Notes under the pieces: model-generated
Databases searched by the model: none
The model's input: only the letters and a program-made list of their open reading frames with translations
Told to the model about the DNA's origin: nothing
Program-made: the position numbers and the translations under genes
Assembly (NCBI GenBank): GCA_041660165.1
Contig: JBAZWW010000002.1
Coordinates: 43,290-107,289 of the forward strand
Source: Patescibacteria group bacterium
GTDB lineage: Bacteria; Patescibacteriota; Patescibacteriia; UBA9934
Direction: 5' to 3'
DNA length: 64,000 nucleotides
Shown here: positions 1 through 8,512 of the stretch, one piece after another
Numbering within the stretch: position 1 is the stretch's first letter
How the letters are laid out: every line of letters starts with the position of its first letter

Positions 1-365
1 GGGACACAAATCTTGTTCGCGTTCCTGGTAGGTACATTGCTTCACGCGTGCTGTGTGATCTGGACGTGGTGCTGTTCTATGAGAGTTCGGCCTTAGAGTA
101 CGCGGAGATTCTCCTGTGCCGTAAACAGGTTGATCTTCATACGGAGTTGAAGCATCTCATGGCCTTCATCTTTTGGGAGAAGGTCTACGCCCGGCGCGGA
201 TACCTGCCCATCTCGGTTGAAACTTGGGTGCGCTGGGGAGAAAAGCGCTGGACGGAAAAAGAGCGCATCCGGCATCGCGCCGGTCCCGATGAGCACCCCA
301 TGTTCTACGCCGAGTACTTCCGTACGGACCCCCGCCGGTTTAAAGACGTTTGGAGGACCTTGTAA
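1..365 (+). CDS. Hypothetical protein, 5'-truncated by window edge
   Basis: Frame of ORF 48..365 is open back to the window start; followed by hairpin gtaacccccc-gccatgttc-ggggggttac and a T-tract. Confidence 0.55.
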   Translation, partial: DTNLVRVPGRYIASRVLCDLDVVLFYESSALEYAEILLCRKQVDLHTELKHLMAFIFWEKVYARRGYLPISVETWVRWGEKRWTEKERIRHRAGPDEHPMFYAEYFRTDPRRFKDVWRTL

Positions 366-397
366 CCCCCGCCATGTTCGGGGGTTACTGCTTTTTA
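362..397 (+). terminator. Intrinsic terminator
   Basis: gtaacccccc/ggggggttac stem followed by tgcttttt. Confidence 0.7.
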
Positions 398-454
398 TAC
401 ACACATTATTCACCCCTCGACAATGATTCGGGCAGGCCTTAAACTGGTGGCACT

Positions 455-3421
455 ATGTCAGACGACAAAAAATCCGCTCATTCCGCGCAAGAACTCGAGA
501 TCCTCGAGTATTGGAAAAAGAATAAGGTCTTCGAGCGCTCGGTGAGCGAGCGCCCTGAATCAAGGCCGTACACGTTTTATGATGGCCCGCCGTTTGCCAC
601 CGGCATGCCTCATTACGGGCACATCGTCGGCTCTGTCATGAAGGACGTTATTCCTCGCTACCAGACGATGCGTGGGTTTCGCGTAGACCGCCGTTGGGGT
701 TGGGACTGTCATGGACTTCCTATCGAGAATATCGTCGAGAAGCAATTCGATCTCAAGAGCCGAAAGGACATTGAGGCTTACGGCGTGGGCGCTTTTAACG
801 ACCGCTGTGAATCAACGGTGCTCAAGTACGCTGAGGACTGGAAAAATGTGATTAACCGCCTTGGCCGGTGGGTAGACATGGAAAATGCGTACCGCACCAT
901 GGACCGCCCGTTCATGGAATCCATTTGGTGGGTGTTTTCTACGTTGTGGGAGAAGGGCTACATTTATGAAGGGAGAAAGGCGATGCAAATCTGCCCTCGG
1001 TGCGAGACTTCACTCTCGAACTTTGAAGTTGCGCAAGGTTATCTCGACGTAACGGACATTTCAGTTACCGTATCCGTCGAGCTGACGAGCGGGAAGTACA
1101 AGGGCGCGAAAATTCTCGTTTGGACCACGACTCCTTGGACTCTGCCGGGCAACGTTCTCCTCGCTGTTGGCGCTGATATGGAATACTCGCTCGTTGAAGA
1201 GTCAGGCGAGAAGTACATTTGTGCGTCGAGCAGACTCGGTCATGTTTTCAAGGGCAAAGAACCAAAGGTGATCGAACAGTTCGCCGGCAATAATCTGGTC
1301 GAGTCCACTTACAATCCCATTTTCCCGTATTTCCATGACCATGGAAATGCTTTTCGAGTGGTCTCGGCTGATTTCGTGACGGATACTGATGGCACGGGCA
1401 CGGTTCATATAGCCCCAGGCTTCGGAAGCGACGACATGATGCTCGGCGAGGCTGAAAAGGTGAAACCGCTCATGCATGTGAAGATGAACGGGCAGTTTGT
1501 AGATGAGGTAGCCAAGCCAATGACGGCCGAGGGATATCCTGTGGATGGCGTGCCGATGAAAGCGAAGGGGGAGTACTCCGTGATAGACATTCAAATCATC
1601 AAGTGGCTGGCACACAACGGAAAATTATTCGCCAAGGAAAAAATCGTTCACAGTTATCCGCATTGCTGGCGCTGTGACACCCCGCTTTTGAACTACGCCA
1701 CGAGTTCGTGGTTTGTTCGAGTATCCGAAATGAACGATCAGTTGCTCGCCACAAACCAAAAGATCAATTGGGTGCCGGATAACATGAAAGAAGGTCGATT
1801 TGGTAAATGGCTCGAAGGCGCCCGCGACTGGGCAATTTCGAGATCCCGTTATTGGGGTACTCCGCTCCCGGTTTGGAAAAGCGAAGACGGCGAGATTATT
1901 GTTATTGGTTCCGCCGAAGAACTCGAAAAGTTTGTCGGTCACAAGGTCGATAACCTCCACAAGCACGTGGTCGACAATTTGGTGATCGAGCGCGACGGTA
2001 AGGAGTTCCGTCGTATCCCCGAAGTGCTCGACTGCTGGTTTGAGTCTGGCTCAATGCCCTACGCTCAGTTGCACTATCCATTTGAGAATAAAGAAGCGTT
2101 CGAGGCGAAATTTCCGGCTCAATTCATCGCCGAAGGCCAGGATCAGACTCGCGGTTGGTTCTACACGCTTCACGTTCTTGCAAACGCGCTTTTCCAAAAG
2201 CCAGCTTTCGAGAACGTCATCGTGAACGGTATCGTGCTTGCAGAAGACGGCAAGAAGATGAGCAAGCGCCTGAATAACTACCCAGATCCCATGGAAGTCA
2301 TGGAAAAGTACGGCGCTGACGCGGTCCGTTATTATTTGATGTCTACTCCCGTTGTCCGTGCCGAGAATTTGCGGTTTTCCGAGGCTGGCGTGGATGAGGT
2401 CAGTAAGAAGTTCATCACGATCATGAAGAATTGCGTCAGTTTCTATAGGTTGTATGCCGAGCATGATGATCACAGAAAGCCAAACGGCGAACATGTTCTC
2501 GATGCCTGGATCCTCGCCCGCCTGAATGAGACTCTTGAGTCTGAAACAAAGTCCATGGAAGCGTACGAGCTGTCCGAGGCCGCTCGCGTTCTGCAAAGTT
2601 TCGTCACCGATCTTTCGCAATGGTACGTCCGACGCTCGCGCGATCGAGTCAAAGTTGACGGAGATGACCGTGCCGAGGCACTTGCGACCTTGCGTTACGT
2701 CCTCGAAACCTTCGCTAAGATGACCGCTCCCTTCATGCCATTCTTGGCCGAGATGATTTGGTTAGATCTCCAGTCCCTGAGCGTCAGCGAAGGGCCTACC
2801 GGACGTCGCGATTACGCTATGTCCGGCCCCTCGAAGCGCGAAGAGCGAAGTGGGGGAGGTGGCGGATTGGCTCAGGACGGTGGCTCTGTCCACCTCGAAT
2901 CATGGCCAACTGCCGACAAGGTTGATGCGAAGGTCCTAGAACAAATGGGCGAAGTCCGCGCCATCGTTTCGCGAGTGATGGAAGTCCGCGTGGAATCCGG
3001 CATGGCCGTTAAACAAGCCCTCGGTTCAGTAGAGATCACCACTCCGACCGGCAAAATCAGCAAAGAACTCCAGCCAGTCATTCTCGACGAAACAAACATC
3101 AAAAAGTGCTCCGTCAAAAAGGGCGAGCTTAAGGTCGAGGTTGATTTGAAGCTTACGCCCGAGTTGGTTCGTGAGGGCATTGCTCGGGAAGTTACTCGAA
3201 AAGTAAACGGTTTGCGAAAAGACACGGGCATGACCATTGCTGACAGAATTCATCTCTATATTTGGTCAGATTCCCAGGAAGTCGTGAAAATGTTTGAGGA
3301 ATTCTCCACCGAACTCGCTGTAAATACGCTCGCCTCTAAGGTCGAATTCGGAAAGAAAGAAGGGCTGGCGAATGTAGCAAGTTTCCGGGTCGCGGAGCAG
3401 GATTTGAGCGTAGGTTTTTGA
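455..3421 (+). CDS. ileS: Isoleucyl-tRNA synthetase (type 2-like)
   Basis: FYDGPPFATGMPHYGH (HIGH), GWDCHGLP, WTTTPWTL, KMSKR motifs. Confidence 0.97.
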   Translation: MSDDKKSAHSAQELEILEYWKKNKVFERSVSERPESRPYTFYDGPPFATGMPHYGHIVGSVMKDVIPRYQTMRGFRVDRRWGWDCHGLPIENIVEKQFDLKSRKDIEAYGVGAFNDRCESTVLKYAEDWKNVINRLGRWVDMENAYRTMDRPFMESIWWVFSTLWEKGYIYEGRKAMQICPRCETSLSNFEVAQGYLDVTDISVTVSVELTSGKYKGAKILVWTTTPWTLPGNVLLAVGADMEYSLVEESGEKYICASSRLGHVFKGKEPKVIEQFAGNNLVESTYNPIFPYFHDHGNAFRVVSADFVTDTDGTGTVHIAPGFGSDDMMLGEAEKVKPLMHVKMNGQFVDEVAKPMTAEGYPVDGVPMKAKGEYSVIDIQIIKWLAHNGKLFAKEKIVHSYPHCWRCDTPLLNYATSSWFVRVSEMNDQLLATNQKINWVPDNMKEGRFGKWLEGARDWAISRSRYWGTPLPVWKSEDGEIIVIGSAEELEKFVGHKVDNLHKHVVDNLVIERDGKEFRRIPEVLDCWFESGSMPYAQLHYPFENKEAFEAKFPAQFIAEGQDQTRGWFYTLHVLANALFQKPAFENVIVNGIVLAEDGKKMSKRLNNYPDPMEVMEKYGADAVRYYLMSTPVVRAENLRFSEAGVDEVSKKFITIMKNCVSFYRLYAEHDDHRKPNGEHVLDAWILARLNETLESETKSMEAYELSEAARVLQSFVTDLSQWYVRRSRDRVKVDGDDRAEALATLRYVLETFAKMTAPFMPFLAEMIWLDLQSLSVSEGPTGRRDYAMSGPSKREERSGGGGGLAQDGGSVHLESWPTADKVDAKVLEQMGEVRAIVSRVMEVRVESGMAVKQALGSVEITTPTGKISKELQPVILDETNIKKCSVKKGELKVEVDLKLTPELVREGIAREVTRKVNGLRKDTGMTIADRIHLYIWSDSQEVVKMFEEFSTELAVNTLASKVEFGKKEGLANVASFRVAEQDLSVGF
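2769..2880 (+). repeat. Composite REP-like palindromes inserted in-frame in ileS
   Basis: ccctgagcgtcagcgaaggg + ccggacgtcgcg..cgctatgtccgg + cccctcgaagc..gcgaagtgggg; the first and third resemble intergenic repeats in this window. Confidence 0.75.
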
Positions 3422-3457
3422 TCCTGAGCGCAGGCGAAGGATCCAGAGGTGGGCTAT
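3420..3457 (+). repeat. REP-like element (family A, single unit)
   Basis: gatcctgagcgcaggcgaaggatccagaggtgggctat, near-identical to the reverse complement of 57233-57271. Confidence 0.8.
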
Positions 3458-3463
3458 TGGAAT

Positions 3464-3988
3464 ATGCGTGATTACCCGTTTGAATCTTGGATGAGCCCCA
3501 AGCTCACAACGAGAAGCTCGCCCGTACACGGCGGGGGAGTCTTTGCTGTTGAGCCGATCAAGAAGGGCGAGGTTATCGTTCGCTGGGGAGGGCAAGTGTA
3601 CACGACTAAACAGGTAGTAGACGGGGAGACGAATGATCAAACTGCCTGTCAGATTGATGACGATTTATATATTGCAAGCCCGCCAGGGACAGAACTTGTC
3701 GATTCGGATCTTATGAACCATTCCTGCGATCCAAATACGTGGATGGACGATGAGGTCACTATTTCGGCGAGAAGGGACATTGCGATTGGCGAGGAGGTAA
3801 CGGCCGATTATGCGCTGTGGGTTGCATATCCGGGATATGAAACGATAAAAGATTGTCGTTGCGGTTCTTCATCGTGTCGGCACCAAGTAACGGGCGATGA
3901 TTGGAAGATCCCAGAACTCCAAGAACGCTATGAGGGCCATTTCCCGCCATATTTGCAACGGCGAATTGATGATGTGAATAACTTTTAG
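3464..3988 (+). CDS. SET-domain protein (putative lysine methyltransferase) with post-SET Zn motif
   Basis: SPVHGGGVFA, NHSCDPN, ARRDIAIGEEVTADY, CRCGSSSCR. Confidence 0.9.
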   Translation: MRDYPFESWMSPKLTTRSSPVHGGGVFAVEPIKKGEVIVRWGGQVYTTKQVVDGETNDQTACQIDDDLYIASPPGTELVDSDLMNHSCDPNTWMDDEVTISARRDIAIGEEVTADYALWVAYPGYETIKDCRCGSSSCRHQVTGDDWKIPELQERYEGHFPPYLQRRIDDVNNF

Positions 3989-4025
3989 GGTCGTCTAATG
4001 AGTGTGGTGCAATAGAAGGGTTAGA

Positions 4026-4066
4026 AATACAAACTCCCCAATTTTGGCGGAGTTTGTATTTGTTTT
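4026..4066. terminator. Probable bidirectional terminator
   Basis: aaatacaaactcc / ggagtttgtattt inverted repeat. Confidence 0.65.
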
Positions 4067-4117
4067 AGGGAAGGGGAGAGGGTGTAAGATTAATTTAGTG
4101 AGTTAAAGATCAAATAT

Positions 4118-5110
4118 ATGGGAAAAGGAGGAGGGAACGTCATTTTGTACAAGACCGATGACGGCAAGACGAGGGTTGAGGTTAAGATGGATCAAGAGAC
4201 TGTTTGGCTTTCACAAAAACAGATGGCCGAGGTGTTTGACTGCAGCTCGGATAATATCGGGCTTCATTTGAAGAATGTGTATGAGGAGAAGGAATTGGAG
4301 GAATCGGCAACTTCCGAGGAATCCTCGGTAGTTCGATTGGAGGGTGCTAGAAGTGTGAGTCGGCCAGTTAGATTTTATAATCTCGACGCGATAATCTCCA
4401 TTGGATATAGAGTAAACTCTCTTCGAGGAACTCAATTCCGCATGTGGGCTACTAAGCGGCTACGCGAATATATCGTGAAAGGCTTTGCCCTTGATGACGA
4501 GCGTTTGAAGCAGGGTGGAGCTCCGGGGAGATACTTTGAGGAACTTCAGGAGCGCATTCGTGACATTCGGTCGAGCGAGCGCAACTTTTATCAAAAAGTT
4601 ACAGATATTTACGCTACAAGCATTGATTACCAGCCAGGTGAAGAGCAGACAAAAAAGTTTTTTGCCATGGTGCAGAATAAAATGCACTTTGCGGTACATG
4701 GTCATACGGCAGCAGAACTCGTGGCTGAGCGAGCTGATGCCACGAAACCAAACATGGGTCTGACGAGTTTTCGGGGCGATTATCTGACATCTGCTGATGC
4801 ACGCGTAGCGAAAAATTACCTGGATGAGGCTGAGCTGAAACAGCTGAATCTCATTGTAGCCGTTTATCTTGATTTTGCTCAATTGCAGGCTACGAATGGC
4901 AGGGCCATGAAGATGGCTGAGTGGATTACGAAGCTCGACGAGTTCCTCCGTTTGAGCGAAAAGGAGATTTTAACCCATGCCGGCAAGATCAGCGCGGAAA
5001 TTGCCGAGAATGTTGCAAAGGATGAATATGAAAAATATCGAGCAGACCAGAGCAATAAGATTGCTAGCGATTTTGATCAAGCGGTGAAGCGAATCAATGA
5101 AGATAAATGA
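4118..5110 (+). CDS. RhuM-family (Virulence_RhuM) DNA-binding protein
   Basis: ETVWLSQKQMAEVF, YNLDAIISIGYRVNS, FRMWAT, RIRDIRSSE, VQNKMHFA. Confidence 0.9.
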   Translation: MGKGGGNVILYKTDDGKTRVEVKMDQETVWLSQKQMAEVFDCSSDNIGLHLKNVYEEKELEESATSEESSVVRLEGARSVSRPVRFYNLDAIISIGYRVNSLRGTQFRMWATKRLREYIVKGFALDDERLKQGGAPGRYFEELQERIRDIRSSERNFYQKVTDIYATSIDYQPGEEQTKKFFAMVQNKMHFAVHGHTAAELVAERADATKPNMGLTSFRGDYLTSADARVAKNYLDEAELKQLNLIVAVYLDFAQLQATNGRAMKMAEWITKLDEFLRLSEKEILTHAGKISAEIAENVAKDEYEKYRADQSNKIASDFDQAVKRINEDK

Positions 5111-5166
5111 AAAGCCGCACCGGTGAGGAGCGCCGGATTGGCTCTTCGGGGGTGCGGACTACGGGG

Positions 5167-5460
5167 CTAGCCTTCGAGGGCGCGCCTCACGAACGGTTCG
5201 TACGGTGCCGTTTCATCGGGGGAGAGGGGGTTTACGTAGAGCCCCATTTTCGCCCACTCGATGAGCGTGTCATCATTGACCAACACGCTGAGCGGGGCGG
5301 TATGCGGGTCATCGGAGCAGTACAACACCGTTGTGGCGATACCGCCGTCATTTGGCGCGGAGAACGCCCGGTAGCCATTATTTGTGAGGAGTTCGCTGAT
5401 AAAGCTGAATTCCTTGGGAACTTCGGCCATATCGCTCTCTTCAACGCGGATGATGTACAT
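5167..5460 (-). CDS. Orphan hypothetical protein (97 aa) in a self-contained cassette
   Basis: SD ggagg before ATG, TTGACA-17-TCTAAT promoter upstream, hairpin+U-tract downstream (~5110-5146). Confidence 0.7.
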   Translation of the reverse strand: MYIIRVEESDMAEVPKEFSFISELLTNNGYRAFSAPNDGGIATTVLYCSDDPHTAPLSVLVNDDTLIEWAKMGLYVNPLSPDETAPYEPFVRRALEG

Positions 5461-5630
5461 TGTGCCTCCAATGGCGTTTGAGCTGGTGGATTAGACAGGA
5501 ACAGCGGTTTTCTTGTCAAATACAGGCTATAAAAGCGAAATCTCCCGGCAGAGCGCGTGCTCTAGCGGGAGATCAAGGCTGCCGATCTCCGAGGAGACCG
5601 GAAACGGACGATGTTCGCGCCGTCGGTGGG

Positions 5631-5729
5631 CTACTGCGAGATGTCGACGTCGGCGAGCTGGGAATTGAACCATTCGTTGATCGAGTTCTTGAGCGCCACG
5701 CGGTGGTCGCTGCGGCAATACGTCTTCAC
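5631..5729 (-). CDS. Small protein, 32 aa (MKTYCRSDHRVALKNSINEWFNSQLADVDISQ)
   Basis: GTG start with gagg SD, TTGACG-17-TATCCT promoter (5776-5804), terminator ~5530-5575; below ORF-track cutoff. Confidence 0.55.
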   Translation of the reverse strand: MKTYCRSDHRVALKNSINEWFNSQLADVDISQ

Positions 5730-5837
5730 GTTGACCTCGTTGGAAAACCGTCCCAGGTGCGGGTGCGGTGAACGCAGGATAGCCTAAAATCCGACTTTCG
5801 TCAAGTCGGATCTCGTTTGTTTTTGGGCTATCCAGTT

Positions 5838-6272
5838 TCAGCACGCCATCTGTCTAATCTTCCAAAACCTCGGCAATTTAGCCTCTTTCATCCGTTTGGC
5901 TACTCGATCAATATCCTCAAATGGCACCGAATGGACGTTTCGCATGGCCCCGACGGACACTTCGCAGTGAAAGTTCAGGATTTCAACGGTATAGCCTAGC
6001 GCTTGGCCGAGCATGACATAGGGAGAGATTTCCCAGGCTTCCGCGTTCATGTTGTCTATGATCACCGGCGAGTCTCCTTGGTGAAGTGCTTCGTGGCATT
6101 TATTAAAGCAAAAAGCATGCGCTTCCTGGATTTTCGAACGATCGTACGCATACGTTCCGTCTGGTTGCAGAAAGAAATCATCAGCCGAGCAGATGAGGGC
6201 GTCAGGGACAGCTTTGGCATACGTGGATTTACCAGCGCCTTGGATTCCGCGGAGAATTTGGAGGGATTTCAT
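5838..6272 (-). CDS. AAA_33 / N4BP2-like P-loop kinase
   Basis: ILRGIQGAGKST, ICSADDFF, VIIDNMN, RNVHSVP. Confidence 0.85.
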   Translation of the reverse strand: MKSLQILRGIQGAGKSTYAKAVPDALICSADDFFLQPDGTYAYDRSKIQEAHAFCFNKCHEALHQGDSPVIIDNMNAEAWEISPYVMLGQALGYTVEILNFHCEVSVGAMRNVHSVPFEDIDRVAKRMKEAKLPRFWKIRQMAC

Positions 6273-6293
6273 ATAGGGTATTGTAACGTACGT

Positions 6294-6367
6294 TGTCATC
6301 CCGAGTGCAACGAGGGATCTGATTGGCCAATCAGATCCCTCGGCCGTCGGACGGCCTCGGGATGACA
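6294..6367. repeat. REP-like doublet (family A)
   Basis: tgtcatcccgag..cgagggatctgattggccaatcagatccctcgg..ctcgggatgaca nested palindrome. Confidence 0.9.
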
Positions 6368-6378
6368 CGAACTATGAA

Positions 6379-6403
6379 GGTCCTTCGCCTACGCTCAGGA
6401 TCT
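6379..6403 (-). repeat. REP-like element (family A, single unit)
   Basis: ggtccttcgcctacgctcaggatct, matches 57247-57271. Confidence 0.8.
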
Positions 6404-6439
6404 ATCGCGCATTGCAACTCTACGGTAAACTGCTCACGT

Positions 6440-7285
6440 ATGCACCTCGACTTGACCAAGACCATTCTCCTCTGCCCAAAGAATGACGAAGAATCCGTGC
6501 TTATTTTGCAAATTGCCAAATCGGCAGGGATTCCAACGGTGGTTTCGCCCCAAGAACATGGCGCAAAACTCGAACTTGAGAAAGACCTTGAAGAACGCTT
6601 GAAAAAAGCGAATCCGCAGGCTTCGACTATTGTTATCGTTGAAACCCCCGGGCCGGAACGCGAGCAAGAACTCGAAAAAGCTGGTTACGAGGTGATCATT
6701 ATTGACCATCATCGGTATGAGGGTTTGAATCGGATGAAGCAAGAAAGTTCGCTCGACCAATTCTTGGTGCTGTTCGAGTTGGATGATGCGAAACTAGAAG
6801 AGCTCGGCTTTGATCCTTTTTTGGTCAAAGGCATTGGTATGATGGACCGCGGTTGGGTATGGGAGCTGGCTAAGGAGGGGATTGAAAAAGCTGATCGCAA
6901 GCGAATCATGGATTACTACCAGTCATTACTCGAGGATATGGGGGGTTTGAAAACGGGGGATGTTGAGTCAGCCCGGACGGCTTGGGACGGCAGGGAAGTG
7001 CGGGACGGCGTGATTATTGTGCGCTCAACGTCGAATGACCCCGCTGTTCATATCCGCCAGGCATTATCGAGTATTCTGGCTGAGAATTTCGATGAGCCAC
7101 CTGTTACACTCGTGGTTGAGGGGAATGGACGAATCGCAGTCCAGGATACGGACAAGGCTACAAAGCTTCATGAAAAGTTTGGCGGGTATGTCTTTGGCAA
7201 GGATCTCTGTTGGGGCTTTGCGCCAACTGTCGAGAGACCCGCGCCGAGCGTAGGGAGTATATTGAAGGTATTAGTGTCAGCTTAA
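6440..7285 (+). CDS. DHH-superfamily phosphoesterase, NrN-like
   Basis: PKNDEES, IVIVE, IIIDHH, SSLDQ, MMDRGW motif order. Confidence 0.6.
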   Translation: MHLDLTKTILLCPKNDEESVLILQIAKSAGIPTVVSPQEHGAKLELEKDLEERLKKANPQASTIVIVETPGPEREQELEKAGYEVIIIDHHRYEGLNRMKQESSLDQFLVLFELDDAKLEELGFDPFLVKGIGMMDRGWVWELAKEGIEKADRKRIMDYYQSLLEDMGGLKTGDVESARTAWDGREVRDGVIIVRSTSNDPAVHIRQALSSILAENFDEPPVTLVVEGNGRIAVQDTDKATKLHEKFGGYVFGKDLCWGFAPTVERPAPSVGSILKVLVSA

Positions 7286-7291
7286 ACGACG

Positions 7292-7372
7292 TTGTCATCT
7301 CGAGCAGAGCGAGAGATCTGATTGGCCGGCCAATTCAGATCTCTCGGCCGTCAGACGGCCTCGAGATGACAA
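7292..7372. repeat. REP-like doublet (family A), sister of 6294-6367
   Basis: ttgtcatctcgag..cgagagatctgattggccggccaattcagatctctcggccgtcagacggcctcgagatgacaa. Confidence 0.9.
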
Positions 7373-7395
7373 TTATGATTGGGATAACAACAACT

Positions 7396-8433
7396 ATGTC
7401 TTTGCAGAACTCGACAATTCCACTGGATCGCATTTTCCTCCTCAGCTGGATTGAGCAGTCTGTTTTGTCGTCTTCGGCGGGGGATAAGGCAAAGGATGTT
7501 GTGGCCGAGCTCGCTCAGAAACTGCCGGAGATCAAAAAGTTAGTAGAGACCCCGCAAAGTCCTCCGCATCATGCGGAAGGGCCAACGGTAGAGAGCCACG
7601 TTGTGAGAATGTTGGCGGTCCTGCTGGCGTTGACGGACGAAGCACCGGCCGTCATGTTTGAAGAATTTGCGCGCGAGAAGGATTTGGTTTTCGAGTGGGC
7701 CTCGATGCTCGAAACGATCCGTTCCCATAAAGCGTTTCTTTCGGCCTATGCCGTTCTGCATGACATAGGGAAGCCCGAATGTCTGAAGCTCGATGCCGAC
7801 CAGCGCGTGCATTATCCCGGTCACGATCGTGCTGGCGCGGGCCAGCCGTATGCATACGCGAGAGATGCGGTCATGCGATATTTCGAGTTGCCAGTTTCAA
7901 GCTCGAAAATGATGACAGAGCTGATTCGCCTGCACATGGATGTGTTAACGGTGTTTGCCAAGTCCGCTGACGTTCAACAATTTATGGCTTTTTCTGCGCT
8001 GGCCGGCCGGGCTGGCGTGAATAAGGACGTATTCCTTGATCTTGTTCCAGCCTGCTTATTTTTGGATGGCGTGGCCGGCAGTTTGCATAGCAATCCCTTG
8101 GAAAACTCGAAACCATCGCATGACCTGGCTCCGCTCATCCACTGGTATCGGGCGGAACGTGAGGTCATGCCGGAGAGGCATAATGTTCGGGAACTAAACG
8201 CCGGCAAGGGCGCAAAGCTGGCGCTCAAGAAAGCGTATGCTTCCGTTGGACTTTCCCCGGAAGCCGTGTTTGAGCTCCTTGGTACGCCCATCGGGCCAGT
8301 GCGAGGCGAGATTATGCGTTCTATTCAGGAACTGGTCGAAGATCCCGCCAGCAAGGTAGACTTTGGCGAGCATACAAAGGAGATTAGAGGTAGAGCTGAG
8401 AAAGCAAGAGTTATTCTATCGTCCCCATCCTGA
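7396..8433 (+). CDS. HD-domain phosphohydrolase with CCA-enzyme-like C-terminal tail
   Basis: QSPPHHAEG..H, LHDIGKP, HYPGHD, LIRLHM; tail LGTPIGPVRGEI. Confidence 0.75.
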   Translation: MSLQNSTIPLDRIFLLSWIEQSVLSSSAGDKAKDVVAELAQKLPEIKKLVETPQSPPHHAEGPTVESHVVRMLAVLLALTDEAPAVMFEEFAREKDLVFEWASMLETIRSHKAFLSAYAVLHDIGKPECLKLDADQRVHYPGHDRAGAGQPYAYARDAVMRYFELPVSSSKMMTELIRLHMDVLTVFAKSADVQQFMAFSALAGRAGVNKDVFLDLVPACLFLDGVAGSLHSNPLENSKPSHDLAPLIHWYRAEREVMPERHNVRELNAGKGAKLALKKAYASVGLSPEAVFELLGTPIGPVRGEIMRSIQELVEDPASKVDFGEHTKEIRGRAEKARVILSSPS

Positions 8434-8504
8434 GCTTTGCGAAGGATCCGCCTTTCCCTGCGAGACGCTGGGAGGGTCGGACCCTTCACTCTCGTTCAGG
8501 GTGG
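8425..8504. repeat. REP-like doublet (family A); supplies stop codon of HD gene
   Basis: ccatcctgagctttgcgaaggatccg...cggacccttcactctcgttcagggtgg. Confidence 0.8.
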
Positions 8505-8512
8505 ATTCCCCT

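Noticed and set aside
405-454. Possible T-box leader before ileS (ggtggcac)
   Set aside because: The leader is too short: a promoter-like tcgaca-17-taaact lies just upstream of the ATG, and there is no stem I or terminator
6323-6439. ORF-track N-terminal extensions running through REPs (also 7210-7395, 8363-8512, 6273-6368)
   Set aside because: These are read-through of palindromic repeats; downstream ATGs fit the protein families better
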